Assembly (NCBI GenBank): GCA_963514005.1
Contig: OY740792.1
Coordinates: 16,678,001 to 16,742,000, forward strand
From: Raja brachyura
Lineage: Eukaryota
DNA: 64,000 nucleotides
Direction: 5' to 3'
Below, piece by piece: positions 37,087-49,026 of the stretch (within the stretch, counting starts at the first letter, position 1; each line of letters opens with the position of its first letter). Below the pieces are notes generated by a model, which saw only the letters and a program-made list of their open reading frames with translations, was not told where the DNA came from and ran no database searches. A program made the position numbers and the translations under genes.

Positions 37087-37619
37087 TCCTTCGCTCCTTA
37101 GATGCTGCTGCACCCGCTGAGTTTCTCCAGCTTTTTGTGTAACCTTCGAAAATATAACCATGGTTCAGCAATGCTGGGACTTATTTTCAAAATGGGCATA
37201 TTCCCATTCTGTAGAATTCACATGACTCTAATGCTCATTTTATCAGCCATTAGACTTGCTATAATTCACTTCAGTTTCCCTGGAAGTGCATCAAATAATT
37301 CATATTTTTAAAGATTTGATTATTCAAAACATGGTAGAAAAGACCACCAAGTTTTGGAATGATATAAAGACCCAATAGGTTCAATAATCGTCAAGGCACG
37401 TAAATTAGGAAAATTATTTGCAAAAGCCCAAAATACCTACCACAATTTGGAACAATTCTCTCAACTTGATATATTTTTAACTTACCACATTTTGGAAGGT
37501 GGAACATGGGGTTGCTGGGTGACGTTCGCCAGACACACATGGAGGACATTGAAGGACTTATGTCCCGCCAAACAATTCCTCTGTCTCTCAAAACTGAGTG
37601 GTTTGTCTCTCAAAACAAA

Positions 37620-37940
37620 AGTGGGAGAGTCTAGAACTAGAGGTCATAGCCTCAGAATTAAAGGGCGTTCATTTAGGAAGGAGAAGAGGAAATTTTTATT
37701 TAGTCAGAGGGTTGCTAATCTGTGTAGTTCTCTGCCACAAAAGGCTGTAGAGCCAAGTTGGTGGATATTTTTAAGGCAGATAGATAGATTCCTGATTAGT
37801 ACAGGTGTCAGAGGTTATGGGGAGAAGGGAGGAGAATGGGGTTAGGAGGGAGAGATAGATCAGCCATGATTGAATGGCGTACACTAGGTGGGTCAAATGG
37901 CCTAATTCTACTCGTATTTCTTATGACCTTGTGACCTTAT
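37620..37940 (+). mobile_element. CR1 LINE 3' fragment
   Basis: VGESRTRGHSLRIKGRSFRKE...FSQRVANL. Confidence 0.85.
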
Positions 37941-38529
37941 AACTGCACGTGTAACTGTTGCTGCTGCCACTGAATCTGAAAGGCTGATGGATGAGGAAAG
38001 AATCATAACTGCCACATGCCTCTACTGCCTTACAGCAACAACTGACAGCTGCTTCATAATCGGTGCTTCCGCTTTACATGAAGGTGATTGTTGCTCCAAC
38101 GTGACGTACTGTTTACCCCATTATATGCAACTTGCAGATTTGCGGAAAAATTTGCAGAACCCTAGGATGTTATTGGATTGCACAGAATCATGGAAAATGC
38201 CAGGAGAGCCATTGCAAACATCGGAATTATTAGTAATGTCTCTCACACACACTCTCTCTCTCACATACTATCTCTCCTAGAAACACCATGAATTCCCTGT
38301 TCAGCAAATAAATGCAACGATCCTGCATTCCTAATCCATCCTTTCCACTAAACCTGCTACTTTCAGACATACTTTTCCGCTCTTAGTTTCTCTGCATTTC
38401 CCAGTCGCTAACACATACTGTATTATGCATATGATTATTTAGCCAAAACACAGAACTACAACATCTTCAGATCAAATTGCAGGACCAACTGTTATATTTC
38501 ATAGAGTCATAGAATCACAGTATGGAAGC

Positions 38530-38978
38530 AGGCCATCATACAAACCAACATCCCTTCCACTGACTCCATTTATACTTCATGCTGCCACGGCAAAGCCAGC
38601 AGCATAATCAAGGACGAGTCGCACCCTGACCATTACCTCTTCTCTCTCCCATCGGGCAAAAGGTATAGAAGTGTGAAAACGCATTTCTCCAGATTCAGGG
38701 ACAGTTTCATACTAGCTGTTATCAGGCAACTGAACAAGCTTACCACAACTAGAGAACTGTCGTGAACTACTATCTACCTCATTTGTGACCCTCGGACTTT
38801 CTTTGATCGGACTTTACTGTTTTTATCTTGCACTAAATGTTATTCCCTTATCATGCATCTGTGCACTGTGAATAGTTCCATTGTAATCATGTATTGTCTT
38901 TCACCAGTGCTGACTGGTTAGCACACTACAAAAGCTTTTAACTGTACCTCGGTACACGTGACAATAAATTAAACTGAA
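38530..38978 (+). mobile_element. Rex1-type LINE 3' end
   Basis: LPSGKRYRSVKT..RFRDSF..AVIRQLN; tail shared with 14098-14240. Confidence 0.75.
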
Positions 38979-39116
38979 GCATCCAAATGCTCATCTAGTC
39001 ACTTCTTAATTGGTGTCAGTGACACTGCTTCTGATAAACCTACATTTAAAAAAATCTAGGTTTATCTTGATTTACTTGCCACTATATTTCTCAATCACAC
39101 TATGCTGCCCTTAATA

Positions 39117-39592
39117 GGGTGGCTCAATGGCACAGCTGATAGAGTTAGTGCCTCACAGCACCAGAGATCCAGGCTCGATCCTAAGCTCAGGTACTGTCAG
39201 TGTGGAGTTCACACGTTCTCTATGAGACCAAGTGGGTTTCCTCCTGATGTTCTGGTTTCCCCCCACATCCCAAAGACCTGCAGGTTAATTAGACTCTGTA
39301 AATTGCCCCTATTGTGGGGTGGAAGATTGCAACCTTCACGTGGTCAGCCCTGTTTCAACGAAAGCAATCAACCCAGCATGCACAATCAAATAAGATCAAA
39401 TACAACAAGTTGCCCTGCAACTTTGGGCTGTGCATGCCATAAGCATGAAGAAGAAGCCCCAATTGTGTAGGGACTGGATGAGAAAGTGGATCAATGTCAA
39501 ACTAGTGTGAATGGGTGATTAAGGGTCAGCGTGGACTTGGTGGGCCGAAGGGCCTGTTTTCATGATGTATCTCTAAATTAAACTAAACTAAA
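39117..39592 (+). mobile_element. HE1-like SINE with a nested ~140-bp insertion
   Basis: tRNA-like head, GGGCCGAAGGGCCTGTTT tail, (TAAAC)n end; insert 39316-39456 flanked by a direct repeat. Confidence 0.8.
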
Positions 39593-42500
39593 CGCACTTT
39601 TAACAAAAATTACATTTCCTGTGCTCTGACTTGCAGCAAAGTTGATTTCTCAGGACACTGGCTTCATTTTTTTGCCTTAACATCTTGGGAGGGGACAGAA
39701 TTTCCTTTGTTGGAATGTACATGTTCTGAACTCAGTTTCATCCTTTAACACCTCCCACTGCTCTGACACAAGTCTAAATTAGCTGCTTGCTACCCATTTT
39801 TGCCAAATAATGTCTGCGTCTCAGAAGATTGGCTTCATTCCAACTAGAACTTTTACTACTGGTTTATTTTTAGTCATTTTCCATTACAAAGACATTATAT
39901 TCACCACTGCCACAAGTAGTGTTATTGTTGCCACCAGTACCAACCTCCCAGCTTTATTTCATAAATCCATGTTCAGGACTGTCCCTTCTCTTGTTCGTTG
40001 GTAATGTATAGATTTTTTTTTTAATGTTCTCTTGAATGCAATTTCTGTAAATGCATACTTTTATGCTGCTTTTGTTAGAATAGTTGCAGTTTAGACTTAC
40101 TGCCCTTTCTTTTTTTGTCTCGGGAACAAAATTAGCCTGCTTATTTGTTTTTCTACCTTTTCTTAAACAGTTGGTGGTTAGACCTAATGGTTTTTCCTTA
40201 TTCCTTGCATCTTTCTTGGACATCACAACAAGATTTCTTTCTTCAACCAATATAAAACATCAGCAACTCCGTCCCACCCCATTCTTTTTTAATCCATCTG
40301 CATTTTGATAAAAATCAGAGTATTCGGTTGCTAATCCTTCTCTTCATTCGCTTTGTTAAACAACAGCTATAATATCATGATCTTTCATCATGAATAACTG
40401 CATAAATTAAATAGCTATGATAGCTATGAGATAGATACGCAGCAATAATTTTTACTCAATCAATTAACAGCACAATTGTTAGCCCAGAATTGAATTCTTA
40501 CTTCACTCAGAAAATGTACACTAGGGCATATTTAAATTATAAAACTCTCTTGACTCTTGAATGTGTACATGGTCCATCTTAAAGTGAAAGATATTAAGTT
40601 TAAACATTTACAAATTTATTACTTCAGTCCTTACAAGTGACACTAACGTTATGGGTGTTAGTGATGCATTAATTTAGACAGTCCTCCAATGACACACCGT
40701 TTTTTTTGCTATTACCAGCACAGTTCGAATTTTTGACAACTTTCAACACAACTCTCGGAATTTGGTTACAAATTCCTCAGTTTATCTGATGTTTTTAACT
40801 GTGTTACGAGTAATTACTGATGGAAGTTATAGAACAGGCACAAGGATTGCATGATGCAGCATGTTGGAATAGTAGTATAGATTAAAACAGAGCGCGAACT
40901 ATATGTTCAGCTTTGTTCCACGATGCAACGTACTCTGTCTAGGCCATGTCTTCAGCTAGGAGTGGAGGCCAAAGATTTCCTGGCAGCAAAAATAAATTGA
41001 CTAAAGGGCATCCTCACATACCTTTCAGCTTCCATAATTCTATTTTCCTACGGTGAGCTGATGTGAGATTTGGACCACGTGAATACCCTTGTAATAAGTT
41101 GCACTCTTCCTTGAGCCTGCTGCTATATATTTGCACATGCACATTGGATCAGGTCTGTCGGGCTGCAAAATTGTAACACTGGGAGAGATCGGAATCCAGA
41201 GGAGGACTTTACAACCACATAATCAAAAACAATATTAATTTGAGTTATCTACTTCGAACATAAATGCATTTTCGATAAACCCTCAGCCTCTTCACCACTG
41301 CGATTCACTCCAAAACTTAACATAAATATCCATGCCATAGTCCTCTTGGACCTATGAAAATATATTCATCAACTGTAGGTAACTCCATTTTATCTGCTGA
41401 TCCTTAATTGTTGATCCACTTATTGAAGTCAAACTACATCTTGGCTTGTCAAATTTGCTTCTATGTTTATATTCTGTCGGAAGAGGAGGCTATGAGTCAG
41501 TGTCGTAGAATTGTACAGCACAGAAGCTGGTCCTTTGGTCCATCATGTCCATTCTAAACGTTTTGGCCAATTACACTGAATCACATTTGCCTCCTTTAGG
41601 ACTGTGTCCTTTTAGGCCTTGTCTATAACAAGTGCCTTTCTAAATGTGGTGTAACTGTAGTGATTGTAGCCGATTCCATCACCTGCTCTGGCAGCGAGTT
41701 CTAGATGTCAACCACACTCTGTGTAAAACTATTTCCCTCAAATCCCCTTTAAAGATCCTTCCTTCATACTCCTTTTTTTATATGCCCATACCATGGAAAT
41801 GGAATGTTGTCCATCTACCATTTATGTCTCATATAATCTTATCTGCTTCTATCAGGTGTTGTTCAATGGCCACAGCTCTGTGAAATATTCAAAGCATGAA
41901 AATATTGTATGCTACTTCATTTTAGTGGACACTGCAATTGTACCAATCACCGTCTACACAATGTGCACATTCCACCTCACCATGTTATTTTTTTGTAATA
42001 TTTAACAGCATGTATAAACATTTGAGAAGCTAAAAGCCACCAAAGACCTTTAACAATGGGCTGCAGTATACTGCAGCAAATATGATTTTCAAGTAGGACA
42101 GGAAATCAACTTCTAGTATGGCATTAAACTCCCGTGTTCAGTGGAGTTACCTTCTTCAGTGATCTTATACTGATGTTCAAACAAAAGTGCTTTACATTAA
42201 TGTGGAAGTAACGCAGTCGCAAAACAGGTGCCTTAACAACTCTTACAGTGGGAAAGAAGAAAGGTTGGGAGCTAATTGGCCAACTATCCACTTGTTACAT
42301 GTGGCAGATAGGAAAACACAGAGGGAATTTTAAAAAGAGCTTAAACAGATATTTTTTAAAACCTCAATTTACACGTGGGTTGAGGATCAACTGTCAAATG
42401 GATGCATAATCCACATTACCCGGGCACGCTTCATTTTACAGCAAACAAAGGTTTACAATGTTGACATTACCCCCCCTAAGTGCAAGTAACCCAAAAAAAG

Positions 42501-42848
42501 GGTTTTAGATTGTCTACATGGTAAGCAGGAGCGGAGTTAACGCGGCAAAACAAAATTACTGCATCATTTAAATAAATATCTTTGACAAGTAGCAATCAAA
42601 TAGAAAGTTAATTCCCATTCTCCTAATTGTACCGACAATGTGTCAAATACGGTGCATGGGCACAGAACGTTGTGTTTGCATATCACATTCCTCTGGGATA
42701 GTAACAAACAATAAGCTTGATATTAAAAGGCATCGAGATGAAATAAGAATTACAACAAATACTGAATTGCTGCAGAAATTGTGATTTGCTTCGAGATATT
42801 GTCAATTACACATCAGTTTCTGTGCAAACTTGTTAAATTCTCTCTTAC

Positions 42849-42957
42849 CTGAAAAGATGGCCGAGGCGTTCATCTCTTTGGTCCGGATGAGGATAAGATA
42901 GATCAGGATGACAAGCACTGGTATCTGTCTCCCTGGACTTCCATCGAACAGGGTCAT
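42849..42957 (-). CDS. Probable first coding exon (signal peptide) of an unidentified secreted or membrane protein gene
   Basis: ACG-ATG start with an upstream in-frame stop; MTLFDGSPGRQIPVLVILIYLILIRTKEMNASAIFS+G; strong phase-1 donor CAG|GTAAGA; CpG-rich, TE-poor upstream region. Confidence 0.55.
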
Positions 42958-43339
42958 CGTGCAAGTGCGATGAGAAGTTCACATCGTTTCAAATCGGTCT
43001 TTGCACGCCCATTTCTAAGTGACGTTGGTCTCAGAGGTCCAGCAACGTCTCAGAGGTCCAGCACACGTCCCGGGAGTGCTACGCCAGGAAAGGAGAGGAT
43101 GCTATCCACGGTGACCTCCCTTCCAGGAGATCCAGGGTCCACAACCAATGCCTCTTTTAGGCACTGGCACAAAATCGACAACACGCCCGCCTGATGAACG
43201 TGTGCGATAATGCAATCCAACACAGCCGAGGGGTGCGCAGACAAGAACCACCCACCCCGGGGTGCAAATGGGGAAGAATCGCCTCACTCGCCCCTTGAGC
43301 GTGCAGATAGAACACAAACCTCTTCTGGTGGGCGCGAGG

Positions 43340-43830
43340 GAAAGTATAGAACCCCACCCCTAGGAGCACGCGATAGGACCCACCCCCGGGAGCTCGTGGG
43401 AAAGGATGGAAACTAATACTGTGAGCACGCAGGATGGGATGGAGCCCTGTCCCAGCGCGCACGCGAGATGGAATAGAACACTACCCTGGGTAGCACGTGG
43501 GGTGGAATAGAATACTAGCCAGGCTAGCACACGGGAAGGGATGGAACACTACCCTGGGGAGCACGCGGGGTGGAATAGAATACTAGCCAGGCTAGCACGC
43601 GAGATGGAATAGAACACTACCCCGGGGAGCACGCGGGGTGGAATAGAATACTAGCCAGGCTAGCACACGGGAAGGGATGGAACACTACCCAGGCGAGCAG
43701 CCGGGAATGAATGGAACCCTTTCCTTAGGAACGTTACCCCGGGGAGCGCGCGGGATGGAACCCCGCCCTTAACTCGCGGGGTGGGATAGAACACCACCCT
43801 TGGGCGCACGCGGGAAGAACGCTATCCCGA
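43340..43830. repeat. CpG-containing minisatellite, ~33-34-bp units with alternating variants
   Basis: Repeated GCACGCGGGGTGGAATAGAATACTAGCCAGGCTA / GCACACGGGAAGGGATGGAACACTACCCTGGGGA. Confidence 0.9.
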
Positions 43831-45734
43831 AGGCACAAGGACAGCAGGATCTTACTACCTGAATGGTACACATACAGATTCCCGAGAGCAGGCGAGTCCA
43901 AATCACATTGCGAGTCAGAGCTACCGATTTTCGCCTTTTTTTTTCTTGTTAAAGGTCCAGTTCTGCCTGAAAGTTTTTACTGCAATTACAATCTCTTCAT
44001 CATAACGTCCAAGTGTTATTTAATGCTGCGTTATATCCTACGTGGCTTCTCGCCCCACCTGCTGCAAAGTTCTTTGACAAAGCATATCCAAAAAATACAA
44101 ACTTGAATAGTTTCCATCCCGCATCTTTCCGCTTTTGGCTACAATAGCTGTTGATCGCAGTTTAATTGCGTGTGCCTTTTGGGGGTGTGGTTCTTAGTTT
44201 CCTTCAAAATTATTTGGTCCCCAGTTTGAGAAGAGTTGGGAGGAAATTGTAACTTTTAGATGTTCAACGCCCAGACATTGCTTCCCGTTTCTTGCAGAAT
44301 GCGGAGCAGTAACACTTAGTCTGACTTAATTGGTCTACATTATCCACAACCCTATTCTTTTTATTGCAATTTGCCAAGGCCGAGTACTTTAAAACGTGTC
44401 ACGCTCGATTTTGTTAAAAAATAATAATCACGGCGTTGCGCAATTCAGGCATTCCCTGCCGCGAACTAATGCTGCTCAAAAAACGATTTGATTCTTTCGA
44501 TTTTGTCGCTTTGGTGCAGTCTGGATTTAGAAAAATGTTAGGGTTGCTTTAATTCCCAATTTGAGGAATATTTGCCTGTGGCACTGGCACTGTGTTTTTT
44601 CCATCACTTGTCGCCCCCGTAATTTCTGCAGGATTCCCGTTCTCCAGGGACAGTGAATGGATGTCGTGTTACTCCTTGTCAGTTTCACAGGCAGATGGAA
44701 ATAAATATTCCCGCCCACTGCTTCCAACTCGTGTACAACTCCAACACTGCTGCCAGTCCCTGTAACTCCACCACTGCCCTTCGCCTCTGCCTCCTTCAGA
44801 GGTGTTCGCTAATCGTGTTAGCTCACGGTTGTTTTTTCTTCCAACTCTAACCAAGAAGCGTTAAATCATTGCGAAATAGAGAGAGCAAAAACTTCCTCAA
44901 TTCCAGGTGTTTCGCCTTCATGTCACAATCTCGTTACCGCTTCCACCAAAGTGTTGGATGACTTTAGAATCTTCGGATTAAAAAAAAACCCTATTGCGAC
45001 TGTTTTGGTGGATGGGTTGACAACACCAGAGCGTCAGCAGCTGTGGGTGGAACCGATTGTAATCCTATTTCTTCCACCAACCTTGAATTAATGGAGGCTG
45101 AGGCTATTCCAGTCTCTGGCGAACCACGTAATCTAAGTACTTGCATTCAGAAGCGTAAAATTATGTACGTAGCAAAGAGAAAGGGAGAATGCATTTAAAC
45201 GTATACTGTTGTTGCAGCTCACGGTACAAGGAAATACGATTGGGAGATTCTTGAAAATGTAGAGCCCAAGAAAGGTGAGAATCCGCCGTACTCGAAATAA
45301 TTCAGTGTCCGCAAGCAAATTTACGCACCTGTGACGTCTATTGTTGTTTTGCCAAGAAACTTAAGCATTCTTGTCCCAGTCGGGTTTTTTTAAGTGCACA
45401 GTGCCCGTCTCATGAAACCCAGGACTCTTGATGTTGCTTTTTTTTAAAGTTTCGGTGCAATTTAGCTTTCCAGATAAATTTGTCAAAACGGGTTTTCCAT
45501 GGTAGTCCTAATTTGCACCACAAATACTTAAAATCTTAAATTTGTGCTAAATGCAGAGACAGCAATTCGTGGTTGTCCAGGTGCTGAATGGTATAAAGTC
45601 ATTTCAGATAAATATGTTTTTACTGCGTTACTAATGTTAGGTAAACATGCATGGGACTGCAACGCACGCCCACTTGTGGTACAACACGACATTGCAGCTT
45701 CGCCTTCCTCTTTTTGTGTTGGAGAGGAACTGAA

Positions 45735-45874
45735 TGTAGACACAAAAAGCTGGAGTAACTCAGCGGGTCAGGCGGCATCTTTGGAGAAATGGAATAGGTG
45801 ACGTTTCCGTCCACCTATTCCTTTTCCCCAGAGATGCTGCCTGACCCGTTGAGTTATTCCAGTTTTTTGTGTCT
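45735..45874. repeat. Palindromic Penelope-derived repeat (two inverted halves)
   Basis: AGACACAAAAAGCTGGAGTAACTCAGCGGGTCAGGC... pairs with ...GCCTGACCCGTTGAGTTATTCCAGTTTTTTGTGTCT. Confidence 0.8.
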
Positions 45875-45984
45875 TGTTCCTCTTTTTTATATATATCAAC
45901 GGTCATGCATCAATCTCATAAGAAGATATATGTGTGATGTTCAAAAATCGTAACTCCTTAAGTTTCAATTGAATTTCTCAATAG

Positions 45985-46290
45985 TCGGCACAGTCAGCAG
46001 AGCTGCTGCCTCATCAGCTCCAGAGACCTGGGTTCAATCCTGACCAAGGGTGCTGCCTGTGTAGTTCTCTCTGTGGCCACGTGAATGTCCTTCAGGTGCT
46101 CCGATTTCCTCCCACATCCCAAAGACTCATCAGCTTGAAGATTAATTGGACTCAGCAAACTGCCCCTCCTGCGTAGGCAGTGGATAAGAAAGTGGAATAA
46201 CATAGTGTGAATGGGTGATCGATGGTCGGCGTGGACCTGGTGGGCCAAAGGGCCTGTTTCCTTGCTGCATCTGGAAACTAAAGCTAAATA
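45985..46290 (+). mobile_element. HE1-like SINE
   Basis: GCTGCCTCA..GGGTTCAATCC head; GGGCCTGTTTCC tail. Confidence 0.75.
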
Positions 46291-46469
46291 ATACATCAAC
46301 AAATTTGAGGTAGTACAATTGTAAAGACATATTGGGGCAAATAAATATAGCAATACATTTGTCTTTTCTTGCAAAGCCACATTGGGGGAAAGAAATATAT
46401 CTCCGCAGTCGTCATTGTATATATCAAATATATAAAGAAGCAAGGAAATTCAGAAGCTTATTTAAAAGT

Positions 46470-48145
46470 TTTGAGGTAGTTATGGAAAACAATAAAGTTG
46501 GTCCTCAAGTTAAGGTGTTCAATTGGGAGAAAGACATATTTCAATATTGTAAGAGAGGACCTTGCAAAACTAGATTGGGAGCAGATACTTGCAGGTAAAA
46601 TGACAACTGACAAATTGGAGACTTATAAAAGTGAATTGACAGGGCCAGCATGTCCCAGTCAAGGTGAAAGACAAATTTGCGAGATTATGGAACCTTGAAG
46701 GACAAAGGATCTTGAAGGTTGGATTGGAATATAGGAAGAACGTGGAAGGTCTTAACAATTGAAATCAATGATGGTTTTTAAAGTGTACAGAAGAGCACTT
46801 ATGAAAAAAAATTAGGAGGGCAAAGTGTCTGTGGAATACCTTTGATTGAAGGGAATCCCAAGACATTCTATGTTAATTGGCAGCAAGAGGCAGTCATAAG
46901 GTCATAAATGATAGGAGCAGAATTAGACCATTTGGCCCATAAAGTCTACTACGCCATTTAATCATGGCTGACCTATCTCTCCTAACCCCATTTTCCTGCC
47001 ATCTCCCCATAACCACCTGACAGGGAATAAATGGGTCTCCTTTTGGACCAGAACAAGATCTATGTATAGAGCATAGGGATTTGAGTGAGGTGTTACATGA
47101 ATACTTTTCATCTGAATTTATTAAGGAGAATGAAGCAAAGGGTGGTGGTGAAAGAATGCTTTTCTGATTAGAAGTCTGTGAGCTTGTACTCTGTTGGAAG
47201 TCTGTTGATGTACCTTAGGAACACTTCCCATTTGTGATGTATATTAACGACTTGGATGTGAATGTAGCAGCTGTGATCACTACATTTGCGCTTGACCCAA
47301 AGTTGGTGATGTTCCAGTAGGGGGTAAAGATGTGCCAGGCTAGAGCAGGATATTGCATCAGATTGAAATTTACGCAGAGTATTGACAGATGGAATTTAAT
47401 CCCAACAAGTGTGAGGTGATGCATTTTGAGAAGTCATATAGAGTAAAATATATACAGTGAACAGAAGGATCCTCATAAGTGTTGATGAAGAGAGGAACCT
47501 TAGGGCAACTCAATGGATAGGATTGTGAAGAAGACATGTGTCATGTTGCAGTCACAGGTTGGGCCATAGAATATAAAAGTTGGGATGTTATGTTGCTACA
47601 TTTCAAAACACTGGTTAGGTAGCAGGGGGAGTACTGTGTGCAGTTCTGGTCACTACACTAAATGTAGGATGTGAGGGCGTTGGAGCGAATACAGAGGAAA
47701 ATCAACAATGTTCCATGGATTGGAGGACTTTAGTTATTAGGAAGTGATTGGATCAGCCGGTGTTATTTTGTATTCCCAGAAGAAATGACTTGATAGAGAT
47801 ACTGTATATAAAATTGAATGACCAATGACAGGGGAGGTCAGAATCTTTTTTCCATGGTTGTACTACTAAAAACAAGAAGGCATTGGTTTAAGGTGAGAGG
47901 AAGGAGTTTTTAAAGGCATTTGATAACAACATTCTTTTTCACAGAGAGTGATGGATATCTGGAATTTGGTACCAGGGGAGGTGGTAATATCAGACACAAT
48001 CACTATGTTTAATAGATATTTAGACAGACACTTGAAGAGGCAAAGTATAGGACACATACCTTATGTGGACCAAAATGATTAATGCAGATAGACAAAGAGG
48101 TAGGCATGGATGTGGTAGGTCGACAAGCCCGTTTCTATTCTACAC
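46470..48145 (+). mobile_element. Old degenerate CR1 LINE with an inverted CR1 tail inserted at ~46896-47022
   Basis: Decayed [24 protein letters not shown] and FFTERV..IWN segments. Confidence 0.75.
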
Positions 48146-48821
48146 AACCCAGTGAGTTTATAACTATTTTTCAACTGCTTGATTGTATTATGATTTTTTA
48201 ATTCCCTATTATTGTTGCTTTTTGAATTAAATTTCAACATTTTCCTAGTGATAGTTGTTAGGCTCAGTGGTCTATAGCTTCTGGTTTAGTTCCTCCCTCT
48301 CTTGAATAGGGGAGTTGTAGCTGTGGGCTTTCCAATGTTGGAGGTTCTCAGAATCTAGGGAGTGCATCTTTTCAACATTTTCTTCTGAGACTCTTTAGAT
48401 CTCTCAAGATCCTCACAGCAAGGGTGTCATAGTCCTCCAACACAGTCTTGGGTTACATTAATCGTGTGAGACCTCAACATTTACTCCAGATCCCGTGAGA
48501 TTTCAAGGCATCAGACTGAATGAGAGCAGAATTAATATCACCTCTTCATGCGTAGCGACAGGAGAGACTAAATTGCATGATTCAACGCCACGTGTCGTCG
48601 ACCAAATGCAGCACAAAGCGAGGACCCATATCATATCAACTCTATAGGCCTTCTAATAAAATGCCTTAATCTGGAATATTAACTCTGTTTCTCCTTCCAC
48701 ATACTTGCTGAGGGTTTCTAGTATTCTATGTTTCTATTTCATATTTCCAACGAATGTAGTTTTATTTTATTTTCAGCAATTTAGTCTTTCTGGGCCAAGC
48801 ACCTTCTGACTGCGAGAATAA

Positions 48822-49024
48822 GACCACAAATCCCAGAAAGCACTTTGGTCGATCAGTTGCTTGTGGCTGCTTTCCAGAGTATGACTACAACTCACAGAAA
48901 GCACTTTGGTAGACCAGTTGTGTAGGAAGGAACTGCAGATAGACACAAAAAGCTGGAGCAACTCAGCGGGACGATCAGTTGTTTGTGGCTGCTTCCTGGG
49001 TTGGAATACAAATCCCAGCAAGTA
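48822..49024 (+). promoter_or_regulatory. Distal tandem copies of a ZNF143/THAP11-type (ACTACA-n-TCCCA) motif unit
   Basis: GACCACAAATCCCAGAAAGCA (48822), GACTACAACTCACAGAAAGCA (48883), GAATACAAATCCCAGCAAGTA (49004). Confidence 0.5.
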
Positions 49025-49026
49025 AC

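Noticed and set aside
39117-39195. tRNA gene
   Set aside because: The tRNA-like A/B boxes are the decayed head of an HE1-like SINE; no full cloverleaf
42844-42860. CTTTTCAG|GTAAG as a recursive splice site
   Set aside because: Better explained as the donor of a signal-peptide exon, given the ATG context and hydrophobic ORF; not fully excluded
43340-43830. CRISPR-like periodicity
   Set aside because: Contiguous units without unique spacers, no cas genes, eukaryotic context; it is a minisatellite
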